This document shows, one piece after another, positions 10,195 to 20,874 of a stretch of DNA of 64,000 nt (position 1 is the stretch's first letter; each line of letters starts with the position of its first letter). Below the pieces are notes generated by a model. It made no database searches. It was not told the DNA's origin and worked only from the letters and a program-made list of their open reading frames with translations. The position numbers and the translations under genes were made by a program. This DNA comes from Candidatus Bathyarchaeia archaeon (lineage in GTDB: Archaea > Thermoproteota > Bathyarchaeia > 40CM-2-53-6), in contig JBEKVV010000001.1 in the NCBI GenBank assembly GCA_049513715.1, positions 32,001 through 96,000 on the forward strand, read 5' to 3'.

Positions 10195-11166
10195 ATGATG
10201 GAAGAAGGTCTATTATCGGTCCGGAATCTCAAAGTTCACTTCGCAACATACGATGGTGTCGTGCAAGCTCTTGATGATGTGAGCTTTCAGATCGAGCGCG
10301 AGCAAATCTTCGGCCTCGTGGGTGAAACGGGTTGCGGCAAGACGGTTACGTCCCTCGCAATCCTTCGACTGTTGCCCGACAACGCCAAGATCCTGAACGG
10401 AGAAATCATCCTGAAAGGAGAAGATCTTCTCAAGAAAACGGAGAATGAATTTCGCAAACTGAGAGGCGGCAATATCTCCATGATTTTCCAAGATCCAGCC
10501 TCCTCCCTCAACCCGGTCTTCACGATAGAACGCCAGCTCCTTCGGGTCATCCAAGAACACAGTCCAACAAGCTATGCTGAGGCAAAGCAGCGTGTCGTGA
10601 AATTACTGGAAGAAGTTGGGTTGCCGGAACCGCACCGAGTCCTCAAACTGTACCCGCACGAACTAAGTGGCGGTATGCAACAACGTGTAATGCTTGCAGC
10701 GGCTTTGTCGTCTGAGCCAGACCTGTTAATTGCGGATGAGCCGACCAGCGCGATCGATGTGACGATCCAAGCTCAGATCTTGGAGCTCCTGAAGCGACTG
10801 AAGAAGGAGAAGGGGCTTGCAGTCCTTCTCATAACTCACAACATGGGCGTAGTTGCCGAAAGCTGCGACAAGGTCGGAGTCATGTACGCGGGCAACATCG
10901 TTGAAACAGGCTCCCTCAGAGATGTCTTGAAGAGCCCTCGCCACCCCTATGTGAGAGCCCTGCTCGCCGCAATACCCAGCCCTTTGTTGCTGGGCAAAAC
11001 GCTTCCGGAGATTAAGGGAGTCGTTCCGAGCCTCCTGAATCCGCCATCAGGTTGCAGATTTCATCCCAGGTGCCCCTATGCTACTAGCATTTGCACAGAG
11101 GCAATTCCTTCTCCCGAGATCCTAACAGGAATGCATCAGGTTTCGTGCTATCATCCACAAGATTAG
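10195..11166 (+). CDS. Peptide ABC ATPase (DppD-like)
   Basis: [23 protein letters not shown]-terminal GCRFHPRC. Confidence 0.95.
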   Translation: MMEEGLLSVRNLKVHFATYDGVVQALDDVSFQIEREQIFGLVGETGCGKTVTSLAILRLLPDNAKILNGEIILKGEDLLKKTENEFRKLRGGNISMIFQDPASSLNPVFTIERQLLRVIQEHSPTSYAEAKQRVVKLLEEVGLPEPHRVLKLYPHELSGGMQQRVMLAAALSSEPDLLIADEPTSAIDVTIQAQILELLKRLKKEKGLAVLLITHNMGVVAESCDKVGVMYAGNIVETGSLRDVLKSPRHPYVRALLAAIPSPLLLGKTLPEIKGVVPSLLNPPSGCRFHPRCPYATSICTEAIPSPEILTGMHQVSCYHPQD

Positions 11167-11177
11167 GTGCAATATTC

Positions 11178-12170
11178 TTGAAAGAGCATATTCTACAGGT
11201 CAGGCATCTCAAGAAATACTTCCCAATCAAAGCTGGTTTTTGGAAGACGGTCGGACACGTCAAGGCTGTGGACGAGGTGGATTTGGAGATTTCGAAAGGA
11301 GAGATCTTCGGCCTCGTAGGTGAATCAGGCTGCGGAAAGACGACTTTGGGAAGATGCATTTTGAGGCTCATAGAGCCAACCAGCGGAGAGGTCCTGTTCG
11401 ACGGTATCGACCTGCTCAAGGTCAAACGCGGCGAGTTGAACAAGATAAGGAAGAACATGCAGATTGTCTTCCAGAACCCATTCCTCTCGCTCGACCCAAG
11501 GATGAGGATGAGAGACATCGTTGCTGAGCCCCTGAGGACCCATATGAGTCTGAGCAACTCAGCTATGTTCGAACGGGTATTACAGCTTCTCAGGATAGTT
11601 GGACTTGAAGAGGAGCACATGTGGAAATATCCGCACGAACTGAGCGGCGGACAAAACCAGCGAGTGGCCGTCGCAAGAGCCCTCGCGCTCGATCCAAAGT
11701 TCGTCGTACTTGACGAACCGACATCAGCGTTAGATGTTTCAGTGCAAGCTCAAATTCTGAACTTGCTTATGGATCTCAGGAAGAAGCTTGGTCTTTCATA
11801 CCTATTCATATCCCACGACCTCAGCGTCGTGCAACATGTCAGTGACCGCCTCGCTGTTATGTACTTGGGCAAGGTTGTTGAGATAGCTGATTCCGACGAC
11901 ATCTGGAAAAATCCACTTCACCCGTATACGTCTGCCTTGTTTTCTGCGGCCCCAATACCCGACCCTGATCTTGCGCGCCAGCGCGAGCCACTCAAGGGAG
12001 AAGTGCCTGGCCTGATAAATCTGCCAACGGGCTGCCGATTTAGAACACGCTGCGTGTATGCGTTCGACAAGTGTGAGCGAGAGGAACCTGCACTGAGAGA
12101 ACAGTCGCCAACCCGGTCATGTGCCTGTCACATAGTGTCAAACGGGGAACGTCGCCCAGAAGTCATGTAA
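11178..12170 (+). CDS. Peptide ABC ATPase (DppF-like)
   Basis: GESGCGKT, LSGGQNQR, LDEPT, GCRF..RC. Start placed at TTG 11178, just after the previous stop. Confidence 0.93.
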   Translation: MKEHILQVRHLKKYFPIKAGFWKTVGHVKAVDEVDLEISKGEIFGLVGESGCGKTTLGRCILRLIEPTSGEVLFDGIDLLKVKRGELNKIRKNMQIVFQNPFLSLDPRMRMRDIVAEPLRTHMSLSNSAMFERVLQLLRIVGLEEEHMWKYPHELSGGQNQRVAVARALALDPKFVVLDEPTSALDVSVQAQILNLLMDLRKKLGLSYLFISHDLSVVQHVSDRLAVMYLGKVVEIADSDDIWKNPLHPYTSALFSAAPIPDPDLARQREPLKGEVPGLINLPTGCRFRTRCVYAFDKCEREEPALREQSPTRSCACHIVSNGERRPEVM

Positions 12171-12261
12171 AGAGATTCTTAGAACTTGCCAACGCGAAGC
12201 GATTGTAGAGACGAACGTTCGAAACTTATCCAACCTATGTAATTCCCGGTGGAGATATCTG

Positions 12262-13527
12262 ATGTTCCATGACGAGTTGAAGAAAAAAGTAATCCGAAAG
12301 ATCGAGGAGGACAGAGAGAACGTTGTCGAATTCGCAAGGAAATTAGTTCGGAGTCCAACCACGTTTGGTTTGGAAAAAGACGCTCAGGAAATTGTGGCTA
12401 AGAAACTACGAGAGTCAGGACTGACTGTCGACGTCTGGGAGCCGCGAATTGAAGAACTGCAAAAGAGTCCAGGCTTCATCAAGACCTCCGGTGACTACAG
12501 GAACAGGCCTAATGTCGTGGGCCGAATAACAGGCGATGGAAAGGGAAGATCCCTGATTTTGAACGGCCACATAGACGTCGTGAGCGCTGAGCCTACATCG
12601 GCTTGGAAGTTTGACCCATGGGGCGGTCTCGTACAGAATGGACGCCTTTACGGGAGGGGATCATGTGACATGAAAGGGGGGTTAGCCGCGATGATTTCTG
12701 CAGCGTCAGCAATTAGTGAACTTGAGCTTTCATTACGAGGAGATGTTCTAGTTGAGAGCGTAATCGAGGAGGAAATTGGAGGTCCAGGAGGAACTTTGGC
12801 CACCATAATCAGAGGATACAGAGCAGATGCCGCGATAGTGGGCGAACCGCCGAAGAGCATTTGCATCGAAAGCGCCGGAGTATGTTGGTTCAGGGTGCGA
12901 GTTATCGGGAAAACGCAGCACGCAGGTTTTTCTCATCTCGGAGTCAACGCGATAGGTAAAGCGATGAAGATCTATCAAGGGCTGCTCGACTTGGATTCCT
13001 ACCGCGCTGAGTCAAAACACTATCCGCTAACTGAAAAACACTGGGGACGATCTTGCAACATAAACATCGGGACGATTCGAGGTGGAGATTGGCCTTCAAC
13101 AGTCGCGGGGTGGGCTGAACTAGAATGCAGGATAGGCTGGCAACCTATTGAGACTATGACCCAAGTGAAATCTGAAGTCGAAGAAACTATTCGAAAAGTG
13201 GCCGAATTAGATCCGTGGATGAGAGATCATCCGCCTGTTGTAGAGTGGTTCGGATGGAGTGCAGAAGCATCCGAGACGGATTCGAACTCGCCCATAATAC
13301 AAGTGCTGAGAAAGAATGCCCGCGACATAATGGGCGTTGCGCCAGAAATCATCGGATCGACAGCCGCAGATGATACGCGCTGGTTTGTCCTATGCGCCAA
13401 TATCCCTGCTGTGAGTTTTGGACCTGACGGAGACAACATTCACGGAATCGATGAATACGTGCTGGTGGACGACCTTGTCGCTACAGCAAAAATCTATGCC
13501 CTGACAATTTTGGATTGGTGTGGATAG
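12262..13527 (+). CDS. M20 family peptidase/deacylase (ArgE/DapE-like)
   Basis: LNGHIDVV, GRGSCDMKGG, EEE.GG, GEP, H.G, FGP...IHG.DE. Confidence 0.92.
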   Translation: MFHDELKKKVIRKIEEDRENVVEFARKLVRSPTTFGLEKDAQEIVAKKLRESGLTVDVWEPRIEELQKSPGFIKTSGDYRNRPNVVGRITGDGKGRSLILNGHIDVVSAEPTSAWKFDPWGGLVQNGRLYGRGSCDMKGGLAAMISAASAISELELSLRGDVLVESVIEEEIGGPGGTLATIIRGYRADAAIVGEPPKSICIESAGVCWFRVRVIGKTQHAGFSHLGVNAIGKAMKIYQGLLDLDSYRAESKHYPLTEKHWGRSCNINIGTIRGGDWPSTVAGWAELECRIGWQPIETMTQVKSEVEETIRKVAELDPWMRDHPPVVEWFGWSAEASETDSNSPIIQVLRKNARDIMGVAPEIIGSTAADDTRWFVLCANIPAVSFGPDGDNIHGIDEYVLVDDLVATAKIYALTILDWCG

Positions 13528-13584
13528 ACCTGCTGCTGAGAGCTCTGAAGCAACGGAGTATTGCTTGACAGAAAGGGCGTTGGG

Positions 13585-14601
13585 ATGATGCGGCAAAAGA
13601 CTATTGCTGCCGTGATGTTGGCATGTGTACTTACGGTATCTATTGTCTACTTGGTCATTCCATCGACAAGGCCGACCAGTCGATGCCCGATTCAACCAGA
13701 CACGAGGATCGTTATTTATGGAGGTACAAATTCTGGTCAGGCTTGGCCACTTGGAGGTGTCAGCGTGGTGACTTACGGGTGGATCAAGCACTTCTTTGAT
13801 TGGTGGGAATCGTATGACCCAGCGGTGAAATTCGTCTTCTTGAACAGCACCAATCTGAATTCCGACTGCCGCTTGTCAGATTACCCGAATGTGAGGCTAT
13901 ACGTTCAACCTGGCGGTGATGCGTATTACCAACAACTGTCGTTGGGAGTCACTGGGAAATCGAACATCCTTGACTTCCTCGATAAAGATGGAGCATATTT
14001 GGGCATTTGCGCTGGGTGGTACTATGCCGCCAAGGACTACTTCTGGGCGGGCGCCTTCTACAATTGGCCCAACTTATTGGGTAAATTCCCGACCGTTGAG
14101 GGGTCGATAAGTGAGATAGCTGAGTACCCCGATTACAACATGACTCGTATGAGTAATGGGCTCGAAATGATCTACTATGGCGGACCGACACGTGGCTGGA
14201 GACAAACGCCTCATGATGTGCCCGGTACAGTATTAATGACATTTGCAAGCATTCCCGGCAATTTACCTGCTGCTGTGAAGAGCGAGAAGATGCTGCTGAT
14301 TAGCGCTCACCCTGAAGCATACGAGGACTATGGCATCAAGGGATTGACGACAGAACAGAGGATCGCAAACTACGGATGGCTGGCAAGTGCAGTCAACGAT
14401 GTGAGTGGAATGCATTTCCGCGTGCCGCAGTCAACGCTAAGCGGCACACTTGGAAGCTTTGAGCAGGGGTACGGCCCGACACCAAATGTGAGCGATGGAG
14501 AAGGCTTCAAAGGACTAACCCCCAGATTTCCGACGGTGTGGCTAGTCGCAGCCGCATGCCACCTAGTGATACGTCCGCAACCGCGGAAGCAAGTAGCATG
14601 A
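13585..14601 (+). CDS. Membrane-anchored class I glutamine-amidotransferase-like (BPL_N-type) protein
   Basis: N-terminal hydrophobic segment; QPGG, YLGICAG.YYA, YYGGP, HPE. Confidence 0.7.
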   Translation: MMRQKTIAAVMLACVLTVSIVYLVIPSTRPTSRCPIQPDTRIVIYGGTNSGQAWPLGGVSVVTYGWIKHFFDWWESYDPAVKFVFLNSTNLNSDCRLSDYPNVRLYVQPGGDAYYQQLSLGVTGKSNILDFLDKDGAYLGICAGWYYAAKDYFWAGAFYNWPNLLGKFPTVEGSISEIAEYPDYNMTRMSNGLEMIYYGGPTRGWRQTPHDVPGTVLMTFASIPGNLPAAVKSEKMLLISAHPEAYEDYGIKGLTTEQRIANYGWLASAVNDVSGMHFRVPQSTLSGTLGSFEQGYGPTPNVSDGEGFKGLTPRFPTVWLVAAACHLVIRPQPRKQVA

Positions 14602-14784
14602 TTGGTCCGATGGATCGCTGACGTTTCCGTGATTCACGCATTTGAATCAGGCCTGTGCCCAAAAAACCGTTTCTTCTCACTCTTGAGAGAGCGTTTCAAT
14701 TTGGGTGTCTTGTACAAGGGGAAGCTGCTGAAATGGGACGCCCTCATCGAACAGAAGGCGGGCGAACTTGCGAGGTATATGCTT
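14602..14784 (+). pseudogene. C-terminal fragment of a solo Cas1-like endonuclease
   Basis: RWIADVSVIHAFESG..RFFSLLRERFNLGVLYKGKLLKWDALIEQKAGELARYM resembles my recollection of the region after the DLQEPFR motif of archaeal solo Cas1, with an apparent internal deletion; no N-terminus. Confidence 0.5.
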
Positions 14785-14994
14785 CGGTTCGACTAGAATC
14801 GACTGAAAACATTGTTCCGCAAGCCATAGAGCTTCGCGTCCGTGGCCCCCACCAATATCCGCAACTAAACTTGTTTCCTCAGGATCATTTTCCTGAGCGA
14901 TCTTTCTTGCCACTTCACTTGGTTCCCAACCAACCCTCTTCAACCAGAACTTGGCTCCATCTTCCTCCAAGCCGCGAACGTAAACCAATTTCAT
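14785..14994 (-). pseudogene. N-terminal fragment of class I SAM-dependent methyltransferase
   Basis: VADIGGGHGREALWLA..ILVEP (motif I), then similarity stops abruptly. Confidence 0.65.
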
Positions 14995-15146
14995 GTAATT
15001 CACATTAACCAAGAACCAGCGATGATAGAATTGCATGGCGCGTGGCCGTACGTGCTGTCATGTTATCTGTTCATGCTCCTTACGCAAGCAATTCTGATAG
15101 GATATTTAGCTGGCCTATTTGTGCTACGCACGGCCACATTATCAGC

Positions 15147-16340
15147 TCAGACTACCCCTTCATTTCTCAGCTCGGCAATCCGCCTCTTGTCGTAGCCTAG
15201 CAGCTTGCCTAAGACTTCATTCGAATGCTCCCCTAAGGTTGGAGGAGGAGATCTAACCTCCGGATTTGTGTCTGAAAACATCATAGGTATTCCGATCTGG
15301 GTGATCTCTCCCGCAGTAGGATGTTGAATGTGAAGTAGCATTTTTCGCTGTAAGATTTGTGGATCGGAGAAGACCTCTTGCTGGGAGTAGACTGGTCCAG
15401 CAGGCACTCCCTCCTTTGTAAGGATGAGCAACCACTCATCTCTGGGTTTCTGTTTGAACACTTCTTCCAAAATGGGGACTAATTGATCTCTGTTGATGAC
15501 TCGACTTGGATTCGTAGAGAAGTGGTGATCATCTGCGAGTGATTCTCTGCTAATTGCCTTGCAGAAATTTCGGAAGAGTTTGTCGTTTCCAACCGCTAGG
15601 GCAATGAACTGTCCGTCCGAAGCTTCGAAGCACTGGTATGGTACTATGGTTGGATGCGCGGAGCCCATTCTTTCGGGATTTCTCCCGGAAGCGAAAAAGT
15701 TCGCTGCCATATAGGTCATCCACGAGACGGTGCCGTCCAACAACGAAATGTCGATCCATTGTCCTTTATTCGTGCGTGCGCGAGCTGTAAGAGCAGCCAA
15801 GATGGCTATTGCGGCGTACATGCCTGCACCAATATCAGACAACGCGACGCCGATTCGAACGGGCGGTCTGCCGGTCTCTCCTGTGATCCCCATCAGGCCA
15901 CCCATTGCTTGCAGAACAAGATCGTAAGCTAGTCTATCTCTATATGGCCCTGTTTGTCCGTAGCTCGATATGGAGCAGTAGATCAGTCTGGGGTTCTTTT
16001 TGGCCAGCGTCGGGTAATCAACTTGCAGCCTTGTGGTTACTCCCGGCCTGAAGTTCTCAAGGAGAACGTTAGACTTCTCGGCTAAGGCATAGAGTATCTC
16101 TCTACCTTTGTCTTTGCTTAGATCTAGAGTGACGCTCTTCTTATTGCGATTGATTGAGAGAAAGTACGCGCTCTCTCCGTGGATGAAAGGTGGACCCCAC
16201 TGGCGGGTGTCGTCTCCGGTCTTCGGAATTTCGATCTTGATGACTTCCGCCCCTAGGTCTCCGAGGAGCATTGAGCAGAAAGGGCCGGTGAGAACCCTCG
16301 AAAGGTCTAGTACGCGGATGCCATCCAATGGTCCAGCCAT
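15147..16340 (-). CDS. Family III CoA-transferase (CaiB/BaiF)
   Basis: GIRVLDLSRVLTGP, LGAEVIKIE, NRNKKS, ENFRPG, D..AG, PPTLGEH. Confidence 0.95.
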   Translation of the reverse strand: MAGPLDGIRVLDLSRVLTGPFCSMLLGDLGAEVIKIEIPKTGDDTRQWGPPFIHGESAYFLSINRNKKSVTLDLSKDKGREILYALAEKSNVLLENFRPGVTTRLQVDYPTLAKKNPRLIYCSISSYGQTGPYRDRLAYDLVLQAMGGLMGITGETGRPPVRIGVALSDIGAGMYAAIAILAALTARARTNKGQWIDISLLDGTVSWMTYMAANFFASGRNPERMGSAHPTIVPYQCFEASDGQFIALAVGNDKLFRNFCKAISRESLADDHHFSTNPSRVINRDQLVPILEEVFKQKPRDEWLLILTKEGVPAGPVYSQQEVFSDPQILQRKMLLHIQHPTAGEITQIGIPMMFSDTNPEVRSPPPTLGEHSNEVLGKLLGYDKRRIAELRNEGVV

Positions 16341-16426
16341 TCAAATCACAGTCATCATTTTGAACACGACGAAGATGGCTTTGGATCCGTATCCGAGGTC
16401 CAGATGACTGACTTGCTTGGTGTGAA

Positions 16427-17638
16427 CTACTTGTATGGGATTGCTACGTCTCCCATGAGTTCTCTGGCGATTATTATTTTCATTATGTTGGCTCCTCCTT
16501 CCGCTCCGACGACGTAGGACATGAGCCCCCGCATGCACATCTCTAATGGGCTTTCTTTGCTGTAGCCAAGAGCTCCGTGGTACATCATCGCATGTTTCAC
16601 AATGTCAAGGCTCATCAAAGGCGCTCTCAACTTGCATATGGCGATTGCTTGGTTGATCTCCTTGTTGCTGAAGCTTCCATCCTTGTAGTGTTGGTCAAGC
16701 ATCCAAGCTCCTCTCACAAGGAAGCTCTTGAGCATCTCGAGTTCCGCAAGATCTTCGGCTATCTCGAATGAGATCCCTTCGAACTTTGCAAGGGGTTTGC
16801 CAAAGAGAACGCGACGTTTCACATAGTCCACTCCTAGTTCAAGACATTTCTCCGCTCCGCCTAGACATGCACTTGCGACCAGAGTTCGGGCGACATTGAA
16901 GCCTTCCATGTTAACGTAGAATCCTCTGTTCTCCTGACCGAGTACGTACCTTGCCGGTATCTTCACATTCTTGTAGGAGAAGCCACCCGTGGACAGCCCC
17001 ATACGCCCCATATCTTGAAAGGTCGTATAGGAGACGCCTTCGAGTCTTGCGGGCACGTAGGCGAACGTCATGCCCTTCGTACCAAGTTGAGGATTTGTTC
17101 GAAACAGAGTTAGATGCCCGCCGCCCCTCTTCGTTGCCTCAATGACGCCGCTAATGTAGGTCTTTTCGCCGTTGATTACATACTCGCCGTTGACCTTCTT
17201 CGCCGTGGTTTTGATATTGGATAGGTCGGAGCCACCTCCCGACTCAGTCGTACAGATTCCGATGAACCATTTCCCTGAAGCTATGTTTGGGAGAAGTTCT
17301 TTCTTGAGTTCCTCAGAGCCGTGCCTGACAACTAAGTAGCTCCACCCGAGATTAAGGAGCGTGTAGACCGGCACCGACATCGATAGCTCCCCTCGAGCGA
17401 TCTCATGGACTGCAATCGTGGCATAGATCATCTCTTCTCCTGGACTAGCGGACCCTCCGTATTGCTCAGGAATTGTTACGCCGAAAATTCCCAGCTCCAC
17501 CATTTCCTTGATAATGTCCTCCGGTATTCCCTCGGCTTTCTGGTCAATCTCCCTGCATCTTGGGAACAATTTCTCGTCACAAAATTCTCTAACGGTTTTC
17601 CTGAACAATTCCTGTTGCGGTGTAAGTCTGAAATCCAA
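16427..17638 (-). CDS. Acyl-CoA dehydrogenase
   Basis: PEQYGG, TE..GGSD, INGEKTYIS, R..FGKPL..F, HGALGY, EG..NIMK.IIA. Confidence 0.95.
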   Translation of the reverse strand: MDFRLTPQQELFRKTVREFCDEKLFPRCREIDQKAEGIPEDIIKEMVELGIFGVTIPEQYGGSASPGEEMIYATIAVHEIARGELSMSVPVYTLLNLGWSYLVVRHGSEELKKELLPNIASGKWFIGICTTESGGGSDLSNIKTTAKKVNGEYVINGEKTYISGVIEATKRGGGHLTLFRTNPQLGTKGMTFAYVPARLEGVSYTTFQDMGRMGLSTGGFSYKNVKIPARYVLGQENRGFYVNMEGFNVARTLVASACLGGAEKCLELGVDYVKRRVLFGKPLAKFEGISFEIAEDLAELEMLKSFLVRGAWMLDQHYKDGSFSNKEINQAIAICKLRAPLMSLDIVKHAMMYHGALGYSKESPLEMCMRGLMSYVVGAEGGANIMKIIIARELMGDVAIPYK

Positions 17639-18028
17639 AATAGTTCATCCGGCAGATACGAAGCGACTGCAAGGATATGGATTCTTGGTTCATACAGTAC
17701 TGAGATTATGAACTAAACTCAGACTTGCTAACTTTTGGCGCAATAATAGTGCGCGACCGCGTTAGTCAAACCAAGACAAGTCGCTTCGGAGGTTTACAAT
17801 TGAACTGAGTTTGCAAGTGCCCTGAATTGCCTTGAGTCCGCTGCAGTGTCAATGATTGGGGGGGTACATCCTGGCCTGATTCGCCCGTGTCAGGAGTGTG
17901 TGACGAACGAATAATGGGCCTTCGGTGCCCGAGCCCGAGATTTGTCCGGTAGAGCCTTTATTTGGCTTAAGTGGACTTGTCAGACCAAAAAAGCCTTGAC
18001 TTGAGATATGTGATGGAGGCGTCGTGAC

Positions 18029-18679
18029 TTGCATGTCAAAATTGACACAAGATACTTAGAAGGAATGCAGGAGGTGAAGTTTAGGAGCAGATGGCGCAAA
18101 CTCAGCCATTGGTACGAAACGGTGTTGAAAGCCTTCAAATCCAAATTGCCATATGACCCAACAATTTTCGTCACACCATTCTACGTTCACATCGCTTCAC
18201 GAGTAGCGGGCGGTACCATGTTCCTACGGCTCGTTGGTTTGACTTCGATAGATCCCGACGAGCCGCATAAGAAGTGGGCCATTTATATTCCCTATAGCCT
18301 CATCAAGCATGCGTCAAAAGATATCAACATAGCTAACTTGGCACATGAAATCGCACATTTCAATCTCAGAGCGAGGGGCATTAAGCCAGTAACCGCTAAT
18401 GAGATTCTCCGGGCTGTCGAAGAGGCCAAATCCCCGGTTGAGACGTACGAAATGAAGGAGGGCGAGGTCAAAGACCTCGATGACATGTTCGAAGAACCTG
18501 TTCGTTCGATGATTGCTAAAATGAAGAAAGAGCAGGCGAAGCATCCAAGCGTAGTGAGAGATTATCTTGTGGAGGCCCGAGGAATATCACAAGGAGAATT
18601 CTACTATAGGATACTTGGGCCTGCTAGGGCGAAAGAATTCTTAGAAAAAAAGGTCCAAGATATGATGGATCGTCCATGA
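18029..18679 (+). CDS. Hypothetical protein with HExxH motif
   Basis: 216-aa ORF; LAHEIAHF. Confidence 0.6.
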   Translation: MHVKIDTRYLEGMQEVKFRSRWRKLSHWYETVLKAFKSKLPYDPTIFVTPFYVHIASRVAGGTMFLRLVGLTSIDPDEPHKKWAIYIPYSLIKHASKDINIANLAHEIAHFNLRARGIKPVTANEILRAVEEAKSPVETYEMKEGEVKDLDDMFEEPVRSMIAKMKKEQAKHPSVVRDYLVEARGISQGEFYYRILGPARAKEFLEKKVQDMMDRP

Positions 18680-18784
18680 TTGAAGGCAAAGCCTTAAGCT
18701 TGATGTTGTCAGTTGAAGTGATGCAGGCGCTCGGAAAGTGCAAAAACCTCTTCAGAGTATTAGACATTTCATTGAGTCGGGTCT

Positions 18785-19092
18785 GGCAGATGTAGGTGCA
18801 GCCATTCGCTGAAACCGTTTCACTATCTCCTCCACAAGGGCCGTTCCTATGCCCCGCGTTTGATACTCAGATGAACCGAAAGCTGATGGATTACAGGTCT
18901 TGAACCGTCATAGTTCCCCCTAACGACAGCGACCAGTCTTCCGTCCATCTCGCAGACAAGAAAAACGGCGGCGTCGCATGCCTTGACTCTTCTCATAGCC
19001 TCGGGTCCATCGCTCCGAAGCACTCGGCAGTCACAAGAATGACAAGGTCCTCTAGGCTCTTCAAAGCCGGCATAATTCACACTCAAACACAC
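18785..19092 (-). pseudogene. Frameshifted GNAT acetyltransferase
   Basis: VFLVCEMDGRLVAVVRGNYDGSRPVIHQLSVH continues after a frameshift near 18870 as EYQTRGIGTALVEEIVKRF (motif A). Confidence 0.75.
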
Positions 19093-19242
19093 CTGTTAGC
19101 ATCGGACAAGTGCTTGAGAACGATGCCAGAGGGAAAGTGGCTTGCCTTCAAGCAAGATTCTTAGTGTTCTTAGTGAGGCGAGCTCCAACGCTGGCTTCTC
19201 GCTAGGTAGAATAGCAACTATATGACATATGTACTTTGATCT

Positions 19243-19479
19243 TCAGTCAATAACAACCGCTGTGAGGGTGGAACGTACGCCGTCAAGGCGTCTTATCTTC
19301 CATGTGACGATCTCTTTCAGCGCATCCATCGAGTCCGCTTCGATCCTTGCAATCATGTCGTAGACTCCGTAAACTCGGTGGCACTCTTTCACATTCGGAA
19401 CCTTACGAACCTCGTTCAGTACCTTCTCTTCCGACCCCGGCTCCACGTTCAAAAGAACATAAGATAAGGCCACTGCCAA
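19243..19479 (-). CDS. Stand-alone Lrp/AsnC ligand-binding (RAM) domain protein
   Basis: YVLLNVEPG.E..V...V.E.HRVYGVYDMIARIE..IRRLDGVRSTLT. Start placed after a GAGGT SD-like sequence. Confidence 0.9.
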   Translation of the reverse strand: MAVALSYVLLNVEPGSEEKVLNEVRKVPNVKECHRVYGVYDMIARIEADSMDALKEIVTWKIRRLDGVRSTLTAVVID

Positions 19480-19618
19480 CAGAACCTCATCAAATCTCCC
19501 ATAGCAAGTGTAAAAGCCTTTGCCCCAAGAACGCCAATGCATGCATCTTCGAAATCTCCGAGGATGAAAGGAATAAAGTGATGGACATTAACGATAACGT
19601 AGGGGGAGAACTGCTGGG

Positions 19619-20833
19619 ATGAAGGTCTTGATACTCGGAGCAGGAGCAATAGGATCTGTGGTGGCGGGGATTCTGAGCAAACGCGATGAGTTTGAAGGAG
19701 TGATTTTGGCCGACCTGAAGAGGGAAACTGCGCAGGCCTCGGTCAATAGGATGAGTGATCCGAAGAACGTGACCCCTGTTTCTGTAAATGCTGATGACGT
19801 GGATGGCATGAAGAAGGACATGAAGAACATTGACTTGGTTATCAACGCAACTTTACCTAGATATTTTCTCAAAATCATGCGCGCCTGTCTCGAGAGCGGT
19901 TCAAACTACTTGGATTTGGCGACTGATCTCGGTTTGGCTGGGAAGGAAAGGGCGGGTCAGAAGGTTGACCGGGTCCCTATCGACCTTCAGTTAGACCAGA
20001 ACGATACATGGAAGGAAGCTGGTCTTGCGGCCATGCTCTGTTGGGGGGCTGACCCAGGTGCTGTGAACGTTTTCGCCCGGTACGCCGCGGACAAGCTTGA
20101 TCATGTCGACCAAGTTTTGGTTAGGGATGGTGATAATTCGGTGATTGAGGGTTTTGATGGATTTGCTTCTTTCTGGTCGCCGGACACTTTCATTGAAGAA
20201 GTAGCCTACATGCAACCACTCACCTGGACCAATGGCCACTTTGAACGGATTCCATCACTTACGAAAAGTGAGCTGTGGGAGTTCCCAGCACCGGTAGGGA
20301 AGTTGAAGGTCTGGGCTGTAGACCATGAAGAACCCGAAACCCTAGGCCGCTATATCAAAGGCTGCAAGGAATGCAACTTCATGCTCTCCCTAGGAGACGA
20401 GACAGTAGAGGTCATGAGAGCACTCACAAAACTAGGCCTCGTGAACCCCGACCCCATAGACGTGAAAGGTGTGAAAGTGATTCCGCGGGACGTTGTGACC
20501 GCGTGCATGCCATCAACGGTGGACGAAAGGTTCCAGGGCAAAGTGAAAGGAAGCACCTGTGTGGGAGTCATGGTCGTCGGCCAGAAAGGTGGCAGGACAG
20601 CCAGTCACTACGTGTACAATATCATGAGCCACGAAGAAGCAAACAGACTGTACAAAGCAACCGCCACAGCGGTCCAAACGGCCCTTCCACCAGCGGTTGC
20701 GGCAACACTATTCGCGCGAGGCACAATCAAAGAGAGGGGGGTCTTCCCGCCTGAGGTCTTGAATCCGGAACCGATTATGAAGGGCTTCACAGAATTCGGA
20801 TTCACCTGGACCGAGAAGACTACGCAGATCTGA
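19619..20833 (+). CDS. Saccharopine dehydrogenase family protein
   Basis: GAGAIG Rossmann motif, YLDLA, G.DPG..N, WSP, HEE..TL, GV.PPE. Confidence 0.9.
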   Translation: MKVLILGAGAIGSVVAGILSKRDEFEGVILADLKRETAQASVNRMSDPKNVTPVSVNADDVDGMKKDMKNIDLVINATLPRYFLKIMRACLESGSNYLDLATDLGLAGKERAGQKVDRVPIDLQLDQNDTWKEAGLAAMLCWGADPGAVNVFARYAADKLDHVDQVLVRDGDNSVIEGFDGFASFWSPDTFIEEVAYMQPLTWTNGHFERIPSLTKSELWEFPAPVGKLKVWAVDHEEPETLGRYIKGCKECNFMLSLGDETVEVMRALTKLGLVNPDPIDVKGVKVIPRDVVTACMPSTVDERFQGKVKGSTCVGVMVVGQKGGRTASHYVYNIMSHEEANRLYKATATAVQTALPPAVAATLFARGTIKERGVFPPEVLNPEPIMKGFTEFGFTWTEKTTQI

Positions 20834-20874
20834 TTTGGGACTTGAGGCGGATTATGGGTAATGGGAACATTAGG

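Noticed and set aside
14602..14796. Intact casposon or CRISPR-Cas locus
   Set aside because: Only a short fragment; no polB, terminal inverted repeats, array or other cas genes seen
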